A stretch of DNA of 64,000 nt, taken from contig JAJPHT010000007.1 in assembly GCA_021325135.1 (NCBI GenBank), forward strand, positions 1 through 64,000, written 5' to 3'. Every line of letters starts with the position of its first letter. Positions within the stretch are counted from its first letter, which is position 1. The stretch is from Pseudomonadota bacterium (GTDB lineage: Archaea; Thermoplasmatota; SW-10-69-26; JACQPN01; JAJPHT01). The translations under genes were made by a program, and so were the position numbers. The notes beneath the pieces were generated by a model. The model had not been told where the DNA came from and did no database searches. It saw nothing but the letters and a program-made list of their open reading frames with translations. Below, piece by piece: positions 49,774 to 59,023 of this stretch.

Positions 49774-51234
49774 TTGCGCCGCAAGGCCCTGCTCCTGACG
49801 AGCCGCCCCGACACGGCCGAGATGGAGGAGCTCATCTTCGCGCTGGGCGCCGACCTCGCCGGCACCGTGCTCCAGAAGCGACCCCAGCCCGACCCCCAGC
49901 TCTACCTGGGCCGCGGCAAGGTGGAGGAAGCCGCGCAGGCGTTCGTGGGCCTGGGCGCCGACCTCGTGGTGGTCAACGCCGCGCTCAAGCCCAGCCAGAT
50001 CTTCAACCTCCAGCAGGCCTTCACCGACGAGGCGCGCTCGCGCGGCAAGACCGACGTGGAGCGCGTCGACGTCTACGACCGCACGCGGCTCATCCTGGAG
50101 ATCTTCCGTGAGCGGGCGCGCAGCCCCGAGGCGCGCCTCCAGGTGGAGCTGGCCACGCTCCAGTACGAGATGCCCCTCGTCAAGGAGGCCATCAACCTGG
50201 AAAAGAAGGGCGAGCGCCAGGCGGCCATGTTCGGCGGCGGCCAGTACGGCGTCAACGAGTACCACGACATGATGAAGCGCCGCATGGTGCGCATCCGCCG
50301 CGACCTGGACAAGATGCGCGGCGAGCGCGCGCTGCGCCGCAAGCACCGCCGCCGCGGCGGCTTCCACCTCGTCTCCCTCGCGGGCTACACCAACGCGGGC
50401 AAGTCCAGCCTGCTCAAGGCGCTCTCGCAGCGGCACACGCTCGTGGAGAACCGCTACTTCTCCACGCTCTCCACGAAGACGTCCCGCGCGCAGAGCGAGA
50501 AGCGCGAGATCCTCGTCACCGACACGGTGGGCTTCATCGAGGACCTTCCCCCCTGGATGGTGGAGGCGTTCCACTCCACGCTGGAGGAGATCGCGCTGGC
50601 GGACGTGATCCTGCTCGTGGTGGACGCCAGCGACCCCGTGGACGAGATGGCCCGCCGCCTGCGCAGCAGCCTGCGCATCCTCTGGGAGTTCGGGGGCGAA
50701 GGCGGCGGGGAGACGGCCGCCGTGGCGTCGCCCGGCGCGAACGCCCCCCTGGCGCTGCCGTTCCGACGCGGCCTGGCGCCCATCGTCGTCGCCCTCAACA
50801 AGGCGGACAAGGTCGAGCCCGCCGAGGCCCAGGCCAAGGAGGATGCGCTTCGCGAGATGGGCCTGCTGGACCCCGCGAGGACGGTGCGCGTCTCGGCGCG
50901 GACGCGCGAAGGCCTGGACGCCCTCTACGCGCGCCTCTACGAGCTCATCCCCGACTACGACGAGTACGAGGTGGCGCTGCCCGCTTCGCCAGAGTCCGAG
51001 TCGCTCATCGCCTGGATCCACGACCGCGCCGACGTGCTGGACCTCACGCGCGGCAGCGAGGTGCACCTCCACTTCGAGGCCAAGCGCAGCCTGAGGAGCA
51101 CGCTGCTGGCCCGCATCTCGGCCGCCGGCGGAGCGCCTCTGCGCGAGGTCCAGCGGCTGGGCTTCGGGGGCGAGGAGGCCGATCCCCCCTCGAAGGACGC
51201 CGGGTCCTCGGATGCCCCGAGTGGCGGGACCTGA
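49774..51234 (+). CDS. hflX: GTPase HflX
   Basis: LILEIF..RA...EARLQVELA, GYTNAGKSS, FSTL, DTVGF, NKAD; TTG start. Confidence 0.95.
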   Translation: MRRKALLLTSRPDTAEMEELIFALGADLAGTVLQKRPQPDPQLYLGRGKVEEAAQAFVGLGADLVVVNAALKPSQIFNLQQAFTDEARSRGKTDVERVDVYDRTRLILEIFRERARSPEARLQVELATLQYEMPLVKEAINLEKKGERQAAMFGGGQYGVNEYHDMMKRRMVRIRRDLDKMRGERALRRKHRRRGGFHLVSLAGYTNAGKSSLLKALSQRHTLVENRYFSTLSTKTSRAQSEKREILVTDTVGFIEDLPPWMVEAFHSTLEEIALADVILLVVDASDPVDEMARRLRSSLRILWEFGGEGGGETAAVASPGANAPLALPFRRGLAPIVVALNKADKVEPAEAQAKEDALREMGLLDPARTVRVSARTREGLDALYARLYELIPDYDEYEVALPASPESESLIAWIHDRADVLDLTRGSEVHLHFEAKRSLRSTLLARISAAGGAPLREVQRLGFGGEEADPPSKDAGSSDAPSGGT

Positions 51235-51262
51235 GACGCCGCCTCTCGCCTGAGCGCACCCT

Positions 51263-51800
51263 CCAGGACCCCAACCCCTTGGCTTCGGCTGGAGGGAGTG
51301 GAGAGGGCGCTCGAAGCCGGTTCGCGAGGTCCGCGACTTCGATGGAGGAACTGGATCGGGGAAGCTTGCCGCCCTGGCCCGCCGATCCTCGCGACCTTTT
51401 CTCCAGGCCCGGCATGTCAGGTCGTCACCCGTCGTGACCATACGTGCTGAGCATCGTCGATTCGCCTCGCATGCTTCGGAATCATCAAGTATCATGAGTT
51501 GCTTAGCTTCAATGGCTTTCTTTCGAGGTGGGAGAAGGAGACAGGAGGTCTCCTCTTCCGATCCCCCTTCCAACCGAAGCCAGGGGGTGGGGGTCCTGGG
51601 TGGTGAGGAGGCCTCGCCTCCCGGGGCTCACGGGTCGAGGGTTTCTCTTGCGATCCTTGGCAAGGCACCAGCAACAGGATTGCTGCTTGCCCAAGGAGCG
51701 ATCCATGCTTCCCCTGGGGGTGGCGCGTAAGCGCAGGCTCCTGGCTGCAGGGCAAGGTTCCCCGGGCGGCGGCCGCGGGGAGGGCGTGGCCTAGACCCCA
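51263..51800. repeat. Intergenic inverted repeat pair plus a ~210-nt fold-back
   Basis: 51263-51293 matches the reverse complement of 51569-51599 (28/31); nested stems ggggtc/gacccc, cccgggg/ccccggg, tccttgg/ccaagga. Confidence 0.5.
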
Positions 51801-51867
51801 CGCTTTTTGTCGGGGAACGCCTCATCCTCCATGCTGGGCGTTTGAGCCTGGGGCATTTGGAATCCTC

Positions 51868-52605
51868 ATGCGCGTCGCGATCCTTTCCGACCTCCACGCC
51901 AACATGGAGGCGCTCACCGCCACGCTCAAGGACGTCGGCGAGCGGCGCACCGACGAGGTCTGGTGCCTCGGCGACCTGGTGGGCTACGGCGGCGCGCCCC
52001 AGGCCGTCTTGGACGCCATCGAGGCGCGCACGCGCACCATCGTCAAGGGCAACCACGACCACGCCGTCGCCACCGGCGAGGTGGACGGCTTCAACCCCAT
52101 GGCGGCATCGGCCGCGCGCCTGCACGCGCAGATGCTCACGCCCCCCGAGCGGGCCCGCCTCTACGCGCTGCCCACCACGCTCACGCGCCACGTCGGCGCG
52201 GTCGAGGTGCTTCTCGCGCACGGCAGCCCCGACGACCCCATCCACGAGTACGTGAGGCCCGAGGACGCGCCCGAAGGGCAGCGGCGCTGGACCGGCCTCG
52301 CGGACGTCATCCTCCTGGGCCACACGCACCTGCCCTTCGCGGCGCTCCCTCGCGGCGGCGCGTGGAAGGCGGAGGGGTTCGCCGAGGGCCGGCCCGGAGC
52401 CCCCGAGGCCCCCCTCGTCGTGAACCCGGGCTCCGTGGGCCAGCCGCGCGACGGCGACTCCCGCGCCTCCTACGCCGTGCTGGACTTCGCGCGCCGCACC
52501 GTCGAGCTGCATCGCGTCGCCTACGACGTGGAGAGCGCCGCGCAGGCCATCCGCCGCGCGGGCCTCGACCACGCGCTCGCGCTGCGCCTCTTCCGCGGCC
52601 GGTGA
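51868..52605 (+). CDS. Metallophosphoesterase (calcineurin-like)
   Basis: SDLHAN, GDLVGYG, GNHD, HGSP, GHTH, NPGSVGQPRDG. Confidence 0.93.
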   Translation: MRVAILSDLHANMEALTATLKDVGERRTDEVWCLGDLVGYGGAPQAVLDAIEARTRTIVKGNHDHAVATGEVDGFNPMAASAARLHAQMLTPPERARLYALPTTLTRHVGAVEVLLAHGSPDDPIHEYVRPEDAPEGQRRWTGLADVILLGHTHLPFAALPRGGAWKAEGFAEGRPGAPEAPLVVNPGSVGQPRDGDSRASYAVLDFARRTVELHRVAYDVESAAQAIRRAGLDHALALRLFRGR

Positions 52606-52606
52606 G

Positions 52607-52825
52607 CTACCAGTCGTTGTTCATCCGCGGATCGCGCGCCCGCGCCTGCTGCCGCCTCCGCGCGGCGCGCGTGGCCTTCTCCTCCGGGCTGGCCTCCCCG
52701 CGCGCCTGGGGCATGCTCCGCACGGCGGCCGCCGCGAGCGCGCGCTCCCGGTGGGGCGCGGCGCCCACGCAGGGTTCGCCCGCCGCGGCGCGGCAGCGGG
52801 GGCAGGTCACGCCAAGGGGCTCCAT
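52607..52825 (-). CDS. Small zinc-finger protein
   Basis: CPRCRA..GEPC....H.ER. Confidence 0.65.
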   Translation of the reverse strand: MEPLGVTCPRCRAAAGEPCVGAAPHRERALAAAAVRSMPQARGEASPEEKATRAARRRQQARARDPRMNNDW

Positions 52826-52854
52826 GGGAACGCTCCGCTAGAGGAAAGGGGAGT

Positions 52855-53105
52855 GAAAAAAGGGACGGCGCGCGGAGGCGCGCCGGTACCCGCACGCGCG
52901 AGCGCGCGCGGGATGCCAAGGAACGAGGGCCGTGGGACGAGCTTCGAGAGCCCGCCCGGACCGATCACCAGTTGGTGCTGACGGAAGCGGGCGGCCTCAG
53001 GCGGGGTCGAAGCGGCCCCGATTGTAGCGGCTTTCCTTGGCGGGTCGAGTCAGGGTACGATTGTCGTCGTGCAGTTCGCCACCTCCAGAAGTATCCGATC
53101 CGTCG
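52855..53105 (-). ncRNA. Candidate structured leader RNA containing a 25-codon uORF
   Basis: Nested helices gtaccc/gggtac, gccaaggaa/ttccttggc and ccgccc/gggcgg; terminal hairpin plus T6 on the minus strand. Confidence 0.35.
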
Positions 53106-53201
53106 GACGGACCGATTGTGGCGCGGATGGATATTGAAGGTTCTGCTTGTGGCGGGCGACCCGGAAGCTCCAAGACCCCGCGCCGCGCCTTCGCGCTCGC
53201 C

Positions 53202-53891
53202 ATGCGCCTCTTCATGGTCCGCCACGGCGAGACCGACCACAACGTGCAGCGCCGCATCCAGGGGCCGCTCCTGGACGACTCGCTCAACCCGCGCGGGCGC
53301 TCGCAGGCCAAGGCGCTGGAGGCGCGCTTCGCGGCGGAGCGCGCGAAGGGCCTGGAGATCGCGGCCGTCTACGCGAGCCCGCTGAAGCGCGCGTGGGAGA
53401 CGGCGGAGGGAGTCGCGCGCGGCGCACACGCCAAGGAGCTTCGCCCCGCGCCGTGGCTCATCGAGTTCTCGTGGGGCGTCTACCTGGGCAAGACCGAGGA
53501 GGGCGAGACGCTGGAGGCCATGAAGGAGATGCACCGCCAGTGGACCGCGGGCCGCGTGGACCTGGCGGTGCCCGGCGGCGAGTCGCCGCGCCTCGCGTGG
53601 GAGCGCGCGAGCAAGGGGCTGTTCGCGGCGCTCGACGCGCACCGCGGGCAGACCGTCACGACGGTGGCGCACGGCCGCATCAACAAGATCCTCCTCGCGG
53701 GCCTGCTGCACCGCGACCTCGCCAGGATGGACGCCTTCGGGCAAGGCAACACGTCCGTCACGCTCCTGGAGCACGAGGACGACGCGCCGTGGAGCGAGGG
53801 CTGGCGCGCGGTCTACCTCAACGACAAGTCGCACCTGGCGGGCGTGGGCGAAGGCACGCAGTCCGTGGAGGGCGGCGGGCCGCTGGTCTAG
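53202..53891 (+). CDS. Histidine phosphatase (PhoE/GpmB-like)
   Basis: VRHGET, ASPLKRA.ETA, PGGES, VAHG, ND.SHL. Confidence 0.93.
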   Translation: MRLFMVRHGETDHNVQRRIQGPLLDDSLNPRGRSQAKALEARFAAERAKGLEIAAVYASPLKRAWETAEGVARGAHAKELRPAPWLIEFSWGVYLGKTEEGETLEAMKEMHRQWTAGRVDLAVPGGESPRLAWERASKGLFAALDAHRGQTVTTVAHGRINKILLAGLLHRDLARMDAFGQGNTSVTLLEHEDDAPWSEGWRAVYLNDKSHLAGVGEGTQSVEGGGPLV

Positions 53892-54361
53892 GCGGCGCGC
53901 GCTGGACCAAGCAGCGACTCCACGTCGCCCAGCCGGAAGACGCTCCCCGCCACGAGCACCGCCCCCACGGGATAGAGCCACGACACGACCAGCGCGCGCA
54001 GCCCATAGGGCGCCGAGAAGAGCCAGCGCCCGTCAAGGAAGAACGCCAGGTCGAGCCACGCGAGGCCGAGCACGAGCAGCCACAGCAGGCGGCCCGAGAC
54101 GGCGCGCACGCGCGGCTGCCGCCCCACGCGCACCATGACGACGCTGCCCGCCACGTCCAGCGCCAGCGTGAGGACCAGCAGCGCCTCGCGCCACGCGACC
54201 CGGTACCCCAGGTCGAAGTCCGGCGGCGCGGCGCCCGGCCCCGCCACCGCGTCGCGCGCCTCCTGCTCACGCTCCTTCGCCAGCTCCTGGAGCGCCATGA
54301 GCGGGCCCGCCAGCATGGCAAGCCCGCAGAGCACGAGCACCACGACGTCCAGGCGGCGCAC
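53888..54361 (-). CDS. 4-TM membrane protein
   Basis: Hydrophobic helices; GTG start. Confidence 0.65.
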   Translation of the reverse strand: MRRLDVVVLVLCGLAMLAGPLMALQELAKEREQEARDAVAGPGAAPPDFDLGYRVAWREALLVLTLALDVAGSVVMVRVGRQPRVRAVSGRLLWLLVLGLAWLDLAFFLDGRWLFSAPYGLRALVVSWLYPVGAVLVAGSVFRLGDVESLLGPARAA

Positions 54362-54388
54362 AACGGAGACGAGGCGTCCGAGGTTGAA

Positions 54389-54479
54389 AAAGGTCGCCAA
54401 AAGCGGGGGGTTCGGGGGGCGGAACCGGGGGCGGGCACTCGTGCCGGAACGACGCGGCACCCGTGCCGGAAAGGTCGCC
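54389..54479. promoter_or_regulatory. Tandem palindromic operator-like sites
   Basis: GGCACnCGTGCCGGAA at 54434 and 54456 (22-bp period), flanked by direct repeat AAAGGTCGCC at 54389 and 54470. Confidence 0.55.
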
Positions 54480-54568
54480 CGGTGGGTCCAACGGCCCCGG
54501 TTGACCTGTCGGCACGAGGCAGGGCCGCGCCCTTCGAGGGGTCCCGTGGAACCGACACGGTGACCCCG

Positions 54569-55024
54569 ATGGACGCGAAGACCGAGACGATCCAGACCCA
54601 CCCCCCGACCCTGCTGCCGGTGAAGAGGAGCCGCGCGGCCTACCAGGCCGGGCGCAGGAAGCACAGCTACCCCCTGGCGTTCAAGGACGAGACGGAGAAG
54701 GCGCGCTTCGAGGCCATGGCGGCCCAGGCGGGGTACGTCAGCTTCAACGCCTATCTCCTCCAGCAGTTGAGGAACGCCACGTCGGGCGCGATCTACCCGC
54801 CCGAGTATGTGGACGGGCTTCGGAAGGAGGTGGAGAAGCTTCGCGCCTGGTTGGACCAGGCGCGGGAGGAGGCGGGGGAGCTTCGGAAGGACGGGAAGCT
54901 CCTGGCCGCGGAGAAGGAGACCCTGGTGTTCCTCATCAATGCCACCAAGGACGGGAAGGACACTCTGGCCGACTTCGAGCGGATGCACGGCAAGAAGGCC
55001 CACCGCGCAGGGGTGCTCGCGTGA
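54569..55024 (+). CDS. RHH-like plus coiled-coil protein coupled to the integrase
   Basis: YPLAF....KARFEAMA...SFNAYL followed by a heptad coil; GTGA overlap. Confidence 0.75.
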   Translation: MDAKTETIQTHPPTLLPVKRSRAAYQAGRRKHSYPLAFKDETEKARFEAMAAQAGYVSFNAYLLQQLRNATSGAIYPPEYVDGLRKEVEKLRAWLDQAREEAGELRKDGKLLAAEKETLVFLINATKDGKDTLADFERMHGKKAHRAGVLA

Positions 55025-56631
55025 TCGACCCGAGGAGCCGCCAGCGCGTCCAGACCGTGACGGTCAAGCCCACTCTGGACAAGGCCCTGAGCAACGCGGC
55101 CCTGGTGGAGATGTGGGAAAGCGCCTGGGGCGGGGACCGCATGGGCCGCAAGGTCTTCTCCCGCTACAAGCGCGTGGTCCTCGACGCCATCGGCTACTTC
55201 CGCCACCCGGACGGGCGCGAAATCCCGGCCCGCGAGTGGACCAAGGAAGGCGTGTGGGACTACCTCCAGTTTGTCGAGAAGAACTACTGCGCGGCCTTCA
55301 AGACCGTCACGTTCGACCGTCCGACACCTCAAGGCGCGTGCGACAAAGGCCAATGGACGGGGCTCATGGACGCCGCGGAGGCGCTTCAGGCGAAGTGCGC
55401 CGCGTGCCCCCTGTTCGTGCGCCCCGGCGTCGAGCACCGCGTCAACGGCCTAGCCCACTGGTTCCGGCACCTCTCGATCCTGGGGGCGATCCCGTTCAAC
55501 ATCATGCTGGAGGTCCGCGACGCCAGGAAGGGGCAGGAGGTCGCGGCGCCCGCGGGCGAGCGCAGGCGCAACCCCACGCCCGACGAGATGAAGAAGCTCG
55601 TCAACGAGACGGCGCACCCCGCGCGCCGCGCGTTCTACGCGATCAGCGCGAAGTGCTACTACCGGCCCAACGAGATGATGGCCCTCGACCGGTACGCGAG
55701 CTTCGGGCTCACGATGCCCAAGGACGTGCCCCTGCCGCCGGGGTTCGACACCGGCTTTCCCTCGCATCCCGAGGTCGCGCCCTTCGACCAGGGCGGCGAC
55801 ATGGTGTACGTGCCCCGCAAGGTCACGCCAGAGGGCGTCGAACTCAAGGACAAGCGCCGGGGGAACCGGTGGATGGTCGTGGACGCGGAACTGCGGCCCA
55901 TCGTGGAGCAGTTGTTCGCCTGGTGGGAGGCCAACGTCGCGCGCGACGAGAAGGGCAGACCGTTGACGACGAAGCTTTGGCTCAACTACCGCGGCTTCGC
56001 CTTGGAGCAAGATGACCTGTATTATTCGTTCTTCTACGACGACTGCTTGCGCCTGGGCTTGATGACGGAGGCGGACCAAAAGGACCCCTTGCGCGTGTGG
56101 ACGGCTCACTGTCAGCGCCACTTCGCGGAACGTCTGTCAGTGGAGTTGAACTTCCCGGACATTTGGGCGCACCACTTCCGGGGAGACAAGATCGGCAGCG
56201 CGCGAGGCAAATACTACCAGCCCGAGCCCCTTGCCGTGCGGAAGGCCTACCACGAGTGGATGCCACGCCTCGGATTCCTGCCCTTGGCGGAGGCGCCCAA
56301 GGCGCGAGAGGCCAGCGAGGAGGAAGTGCATCGGATGGTCCTCCGATCCATGCTGATGCGCGTCACGAAGCGGCCCGGGCACGCGGGGGAGAGCCACGTC
56401 GTCCACCGCCTCCGCGTGGAAGGCACGGAGTGGATCGTCCCGGCGAAGGTGCTCAGCAGCGTGCTCTACGCGCTCCGCAAGGCGGGCATGGTCGAGCCGA
56501 GCGTGGAGAAGGCCGACGGGCAGGCGCGGGAGTACGTGCCCCGTGCGGTCCTCGTGGCCCTTTGTGAGCGGGCGTTGGGCCTCCTTGATGCGCAGAGTCC
56601 GGCCCAGGGGGCGTGCGTGATGGTGGCCTAG
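55021..56631 (+). CDS. Tyrosine recombinase/integrase, archaeal RGD-type
   Basis: YYRPNEM (R), KRRGNR (K), TAHCQRH (HxxR), FRGD in place of LGH, KYY (Y), AYHEWMPRLG end motif. Confidence 0.88.
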   Translation: MIDPRSRQRVQTVTVKPTLDKALSNAALVEMWESAWGGDRMGRKVFSRYKRVVLDAIGYFRHPDGREIPAREWTKEGVWDYLQFVEKNYCAAFKTVTFDRPTPQGACDKGQWTGLMDAAEALQAKCAACPLFVRPGVEHRVNGLAHWFRHLSILGAIPFNIMLEVRDARKGQEVAAPAGERRRNPTPDEMKKLVNETAHPARRAFYAISAKCYYRPNEMMALDRYASFGLTMPKDVPLPPGFDTGFPSHPEVAPFDQGGDMVYVPRKVTPEGVELKDKRRGNRWMVVDAELRPIVEQLFAWWEANVARDEKGRPLTTKLWLNYRGFALEQDDLYYSFFYDDCLRLGLMTEADQKDPLRVWTAHCQRHFAERLSVELNFPDIWAHHFRGDKIGSARGKYYQPEPLAVRKAYHEWMPRLGFLPLAEAPKAREASEEEVHRMVLRSMLMRVTKRPGHAGESHVVHRLRVEGTEWIVPAKVLSSVLYALRKAGMVEPSVEKADGQAREYVPRAVLVALCERALGLLDAQSPAQGACVMVA

Positions 56632-56946
56632 ATCGCCGAGGGTGGCAGGTGGCCGGGCCCTTGTGCGCGCTCTCCGGGTTGGGCCTAGGCGTTCATTCTG
56701 AAAATACGCCTCGGAGGCGCGCTTGCTTACGCCCGCAGAGCGGAGCCTAGGGGCTTGCCGCAGTTGGGGCAGGCTCCGTCCAGGCGGGGGGTGGTGTAGG
56801 CTCCGCAGGTGCGGCAGGTTCGGCGGGGTCGGGCGTGGGGTCCCGCGATGGGTCGGGCCGCGGGTGGGTCGGGCACGACGCAGAGACCACGGGCGCGAGG
56901 ATAAACGCCTCGGTTCCTCTGCCCGGGGTGCTCACGGTTCGTGGGC

Positions 56947-57225
56947 CTAGGAGGGGCGGCCCAGGAGCGATTGTGCGCGTTCCACGAATCGTTCCGCCTC
57001 TTGCATCTCGGCCTCCGCTTCAGTCAAGGCGGCCTCCACGTTCTGTCCAGTGCGCCAGGCGTCTTGGAGGGTGAAGACGGCGCGGGCGGCTTCCGCCACG
57101 GCGCGGGCGGCAGCATCGCACGCCTCCAGGTTCTGGGCGAGGCGGGCCATGCGGGCGGCGAGGTCGGCGCGCGTGACGAGCTCTTCGGCGGCGGGGAGGC
57201 GTGCGTGGGCTCGCTCCGGGCTCAT
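56947..57225 (-). CDS. Small helical hypothetical protein
   Basis: Amphipathic helices; GAAGG upstream. Confidence 0.5.
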   Translation of the reverse strand: MSPERAHARLPAAEELVTRADLAARMARLAQNLEACDAAARAVAEAARAVFTLQDAWRTGQNVEAALTEAEAEMQEAERFVERAQSLLGRPS

Positions 57226-57315
57226 CGCGCCTTCACGGCTCGTGAAGGTCTTAAAGCGGTGGAGGGCGCACGCGGGCTGCTGCAAGCCCTGGCGGGGCCC
57301 GGGCCGGCGGTGGAG

Positions 57316-57471
57316 TCAGCCATGTGCTGGCTGCTCCTCCGGTTCGTGGTCGAGCTTCGCGCGTTCGATTCCCTGCCAGTCGAGGTATCGAAGCGCGGCT
57401 TCGCGCGTCATGGTCTTGTGCACGAAGACCGCGCGCCTGAGGTGGCGCAGGATGGCGGCCTCGTCAGCCAA
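57316..57471 (-). CDS. 51-aa hypothetical protein (not in the ORF track)
   Basis: AAGGAGG before TTG; MADEAAILRHLRRAVFVHKTMTREAALRYLDWQGIE...; overlaps the stop of the upstream ORF. Confidence 0.55.
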   Translation of the reverse strand: MADEAAILRHLRRAVFVHKTMTREAALRYLDWQGIERAKLDHEPEEQPAHG

Positions 57472-57799
57472 GGGCGCGGGCCTCCTTGCGCGGCGCAGAG
57501 GTCGAGGCGATGGCTGCGCGTTCGTTCGCGTAGGCGCGCAGCGCGCCCGCGATGCGGGGCGCTTCCTCGTCCAGCACGTCCAAGGCGTGCAGGACGCGCG
57601 CCGCGTCGTCCGGGTCCGTGGGCCAGGGTGCGAGGCCTAAGAGGATGGGCAGCGGGTGGAGGGCGTTGCCGAAGCTGACGCGCGAGCGGCGCCGCGTCGC
57701 CATGAACTCGCGGGCCTCCAGCTGGAGGCCGAAGGCTTCGAGGGCTTCGCGAGAGTCCCCGCGAAGCCACTTGTGGTTCCGCTCATCCGCCACGAGCAC
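57464..57799 (-). CDS. Hypothetical protein
   Basis: Coding-like composition; coupled to the next small ORF. Confidence 0.55.
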   Translation of the reverse strand: MLVADERNHKWLRGDSREALEAFGLQLEAREFMATRRRSRVSFGNALHPLPILLGLAPWPTDPDDAARVLHALDVLDEEAPRIAGALRAYANERAAIASTSAPRKEARALG

Positions 57800-58589
57800 A
57801 CCCCCCGGGCACCAAACGCAAGCCGGGTTGTGTCGTCGTGTGGATCATCGCGCGGAGGGCGAGGCGGGAGGGCGCGGGGCGGGGCATGTGGCTTTGAGTC
57901 TCGCGGGCTTCTTGGCGTTTTAGAAGGAAGGGAGGGAACGCGTCCCCCTTCCTCCCACCCTCCGGTTTCGTGGAGGGGTGGTCTTCAAGAGGCCGAGGCC
58001 GCGCCAGGCCGGCAATGTGGGTCGGATGGGGGGTGGGTTTTTCCCCACCCACCCATGGGTGCCGCGCGTGGTCCTCGTGCGGCACGCTGGCCGTGTGGTG
58101 CTCGTGCGCGTGCTCGTCGTCCTGGGCGCGGCGCGCGTCGTCGTGGCCGTGGGGTCGGCGGCGAGGGGGCAGGAGGGCGAGGAGGAGCAGGGCGAGGCCA
58201 AGGGCAGCCGCCAGCTTCGCCAAGGAGTCCGCGCTGGGCGCGGGCGGGATCGTGAGCATGAGGCTCGCCAGCGCGAAGCTGGCGGCCTTCTGCGGGATCG
58301 TGGCGAGCGTGGGGGGCGCGGCGGGGGACGCGGCCGTCGTCGCGGGCCTCGTGCTGCGCGTCGTCCTGGGCGTGGAGATCCTCGCGACGGGGACAGGGTC
58401 CGCGTCGGCAGGGGGCGCGAGGGTCGCCCGGAGCGCGCGGGAGGCGTCCGGGCGGGGCGTGGGCGCGCGCTCGTGCGTCGTCACGGCGCCCGGGTCTTGG
58501 GAGAGGTCGGGCGCGTGCAGCGTGGGCAGGAGTGCGGCGAGGATGGCGGGCGGGGGGTCGCGGGGGTTCCAGGCGGCGGGGGCGCGCAT
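57783..58589 (-). CDS. Pro/Ala/Thr-rich protein with one TM and a His-rich tail
   Basis: Coding-like part of the 484-aa ORF; LAAALGLALLLLALLPPRRR. Confidence 0.35.
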   Translation of the reverse strand: MRAPAAWNPRDPPPAILAALLPTLHAPDLSQDPGAVTTHERAPTPRPDASRALRATLAPPADADPVPVARISTPRTTRSTRPATTAASPAAPPTLATIPQKAASFALASLMLTIPPAPSADSLAKLAAALGLALLLLALLPPRRRPHGHDDARRAQDDEHAHEHHTASVPHEDHARHPWVGGEKPTPHPTHIAGLARPRPLEDHPSTKPEGGRKGDAFPPFLLKRQEARETQSHMPRPAPSRLALRAMIHTTTQPGLRLVPGGCARGG

Positions 58590-58666
58590 CGGAGCGGGGC
58601 TGCTGCGGGCTCCAGATTTTGAGGAATGAGGGTACGTCCCCAACGGCTCGCGTCGAGCCTGGGACG

Positions 58667-58811
58667 TGGCATCGGGTTCCTGGGATTCGCTCCACCGCGC
58701 GCTGTATGTCCGAAGTAATGCCCTCCAGTAGGGGGCATTACATAGGGACCTCCAGCGGCGGTGCGAGACTCCAGGGAATCGAGCCGGGTAGGGAGTCAAG
58801 GATGCGGGCCT
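58667..58811 (+). repeat. Rod-hairpin unit 1 plus GTCAAG motif
   Basis: Apical stem gtaatgccctc/gggggcattac; motif GTCAAGGATGCGGGCC at 58795; diverged direct repeat of unit 2. Confidence 0.8.
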
Positions 58812-58881
58812 ACCCGGCTCTTGAGCCTCGTGCAGATCGTGGCGGTTGGGGAGGCTGCGTCCGCCTTGGTGGTGCATTTCC

Positions 58882-59023
58882 TGGCGTCGGCTGCCTTGAA
58901 ATCGCTCCACCGCCCGTTGCATTTCCGAAGTAGTATTCCTAGGCGGAATACTACATACGAATGCAACGAAGGCGGTGCGAGACATCAAGGCAAGACGCAG
59001 ACAAGGAGTCAAGGATGAGGCCT
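58882..59023 (+). repeat. Rod-hairpin unit 2 plus GTCAAG motif
   Basis: Stems gcgtc/gacgc, tgccttga/tcaaggca, accgcc/ggcggt, cgttgcatt/aatgcaacg, gtagtattcc/ggaatactac; motif at 59008. Confidence 0.85.

Noticed and set aside
51588-51800. Possible SRP or RNase P RNA
   Set aside because: Lacks a proper helix-8 (CAGG-stem-GNRA-stem-AGCA) and the RNase P GAGGAAAGUCC/ACAGAA..GGCUUA signatures; kept only as an unclassified structure
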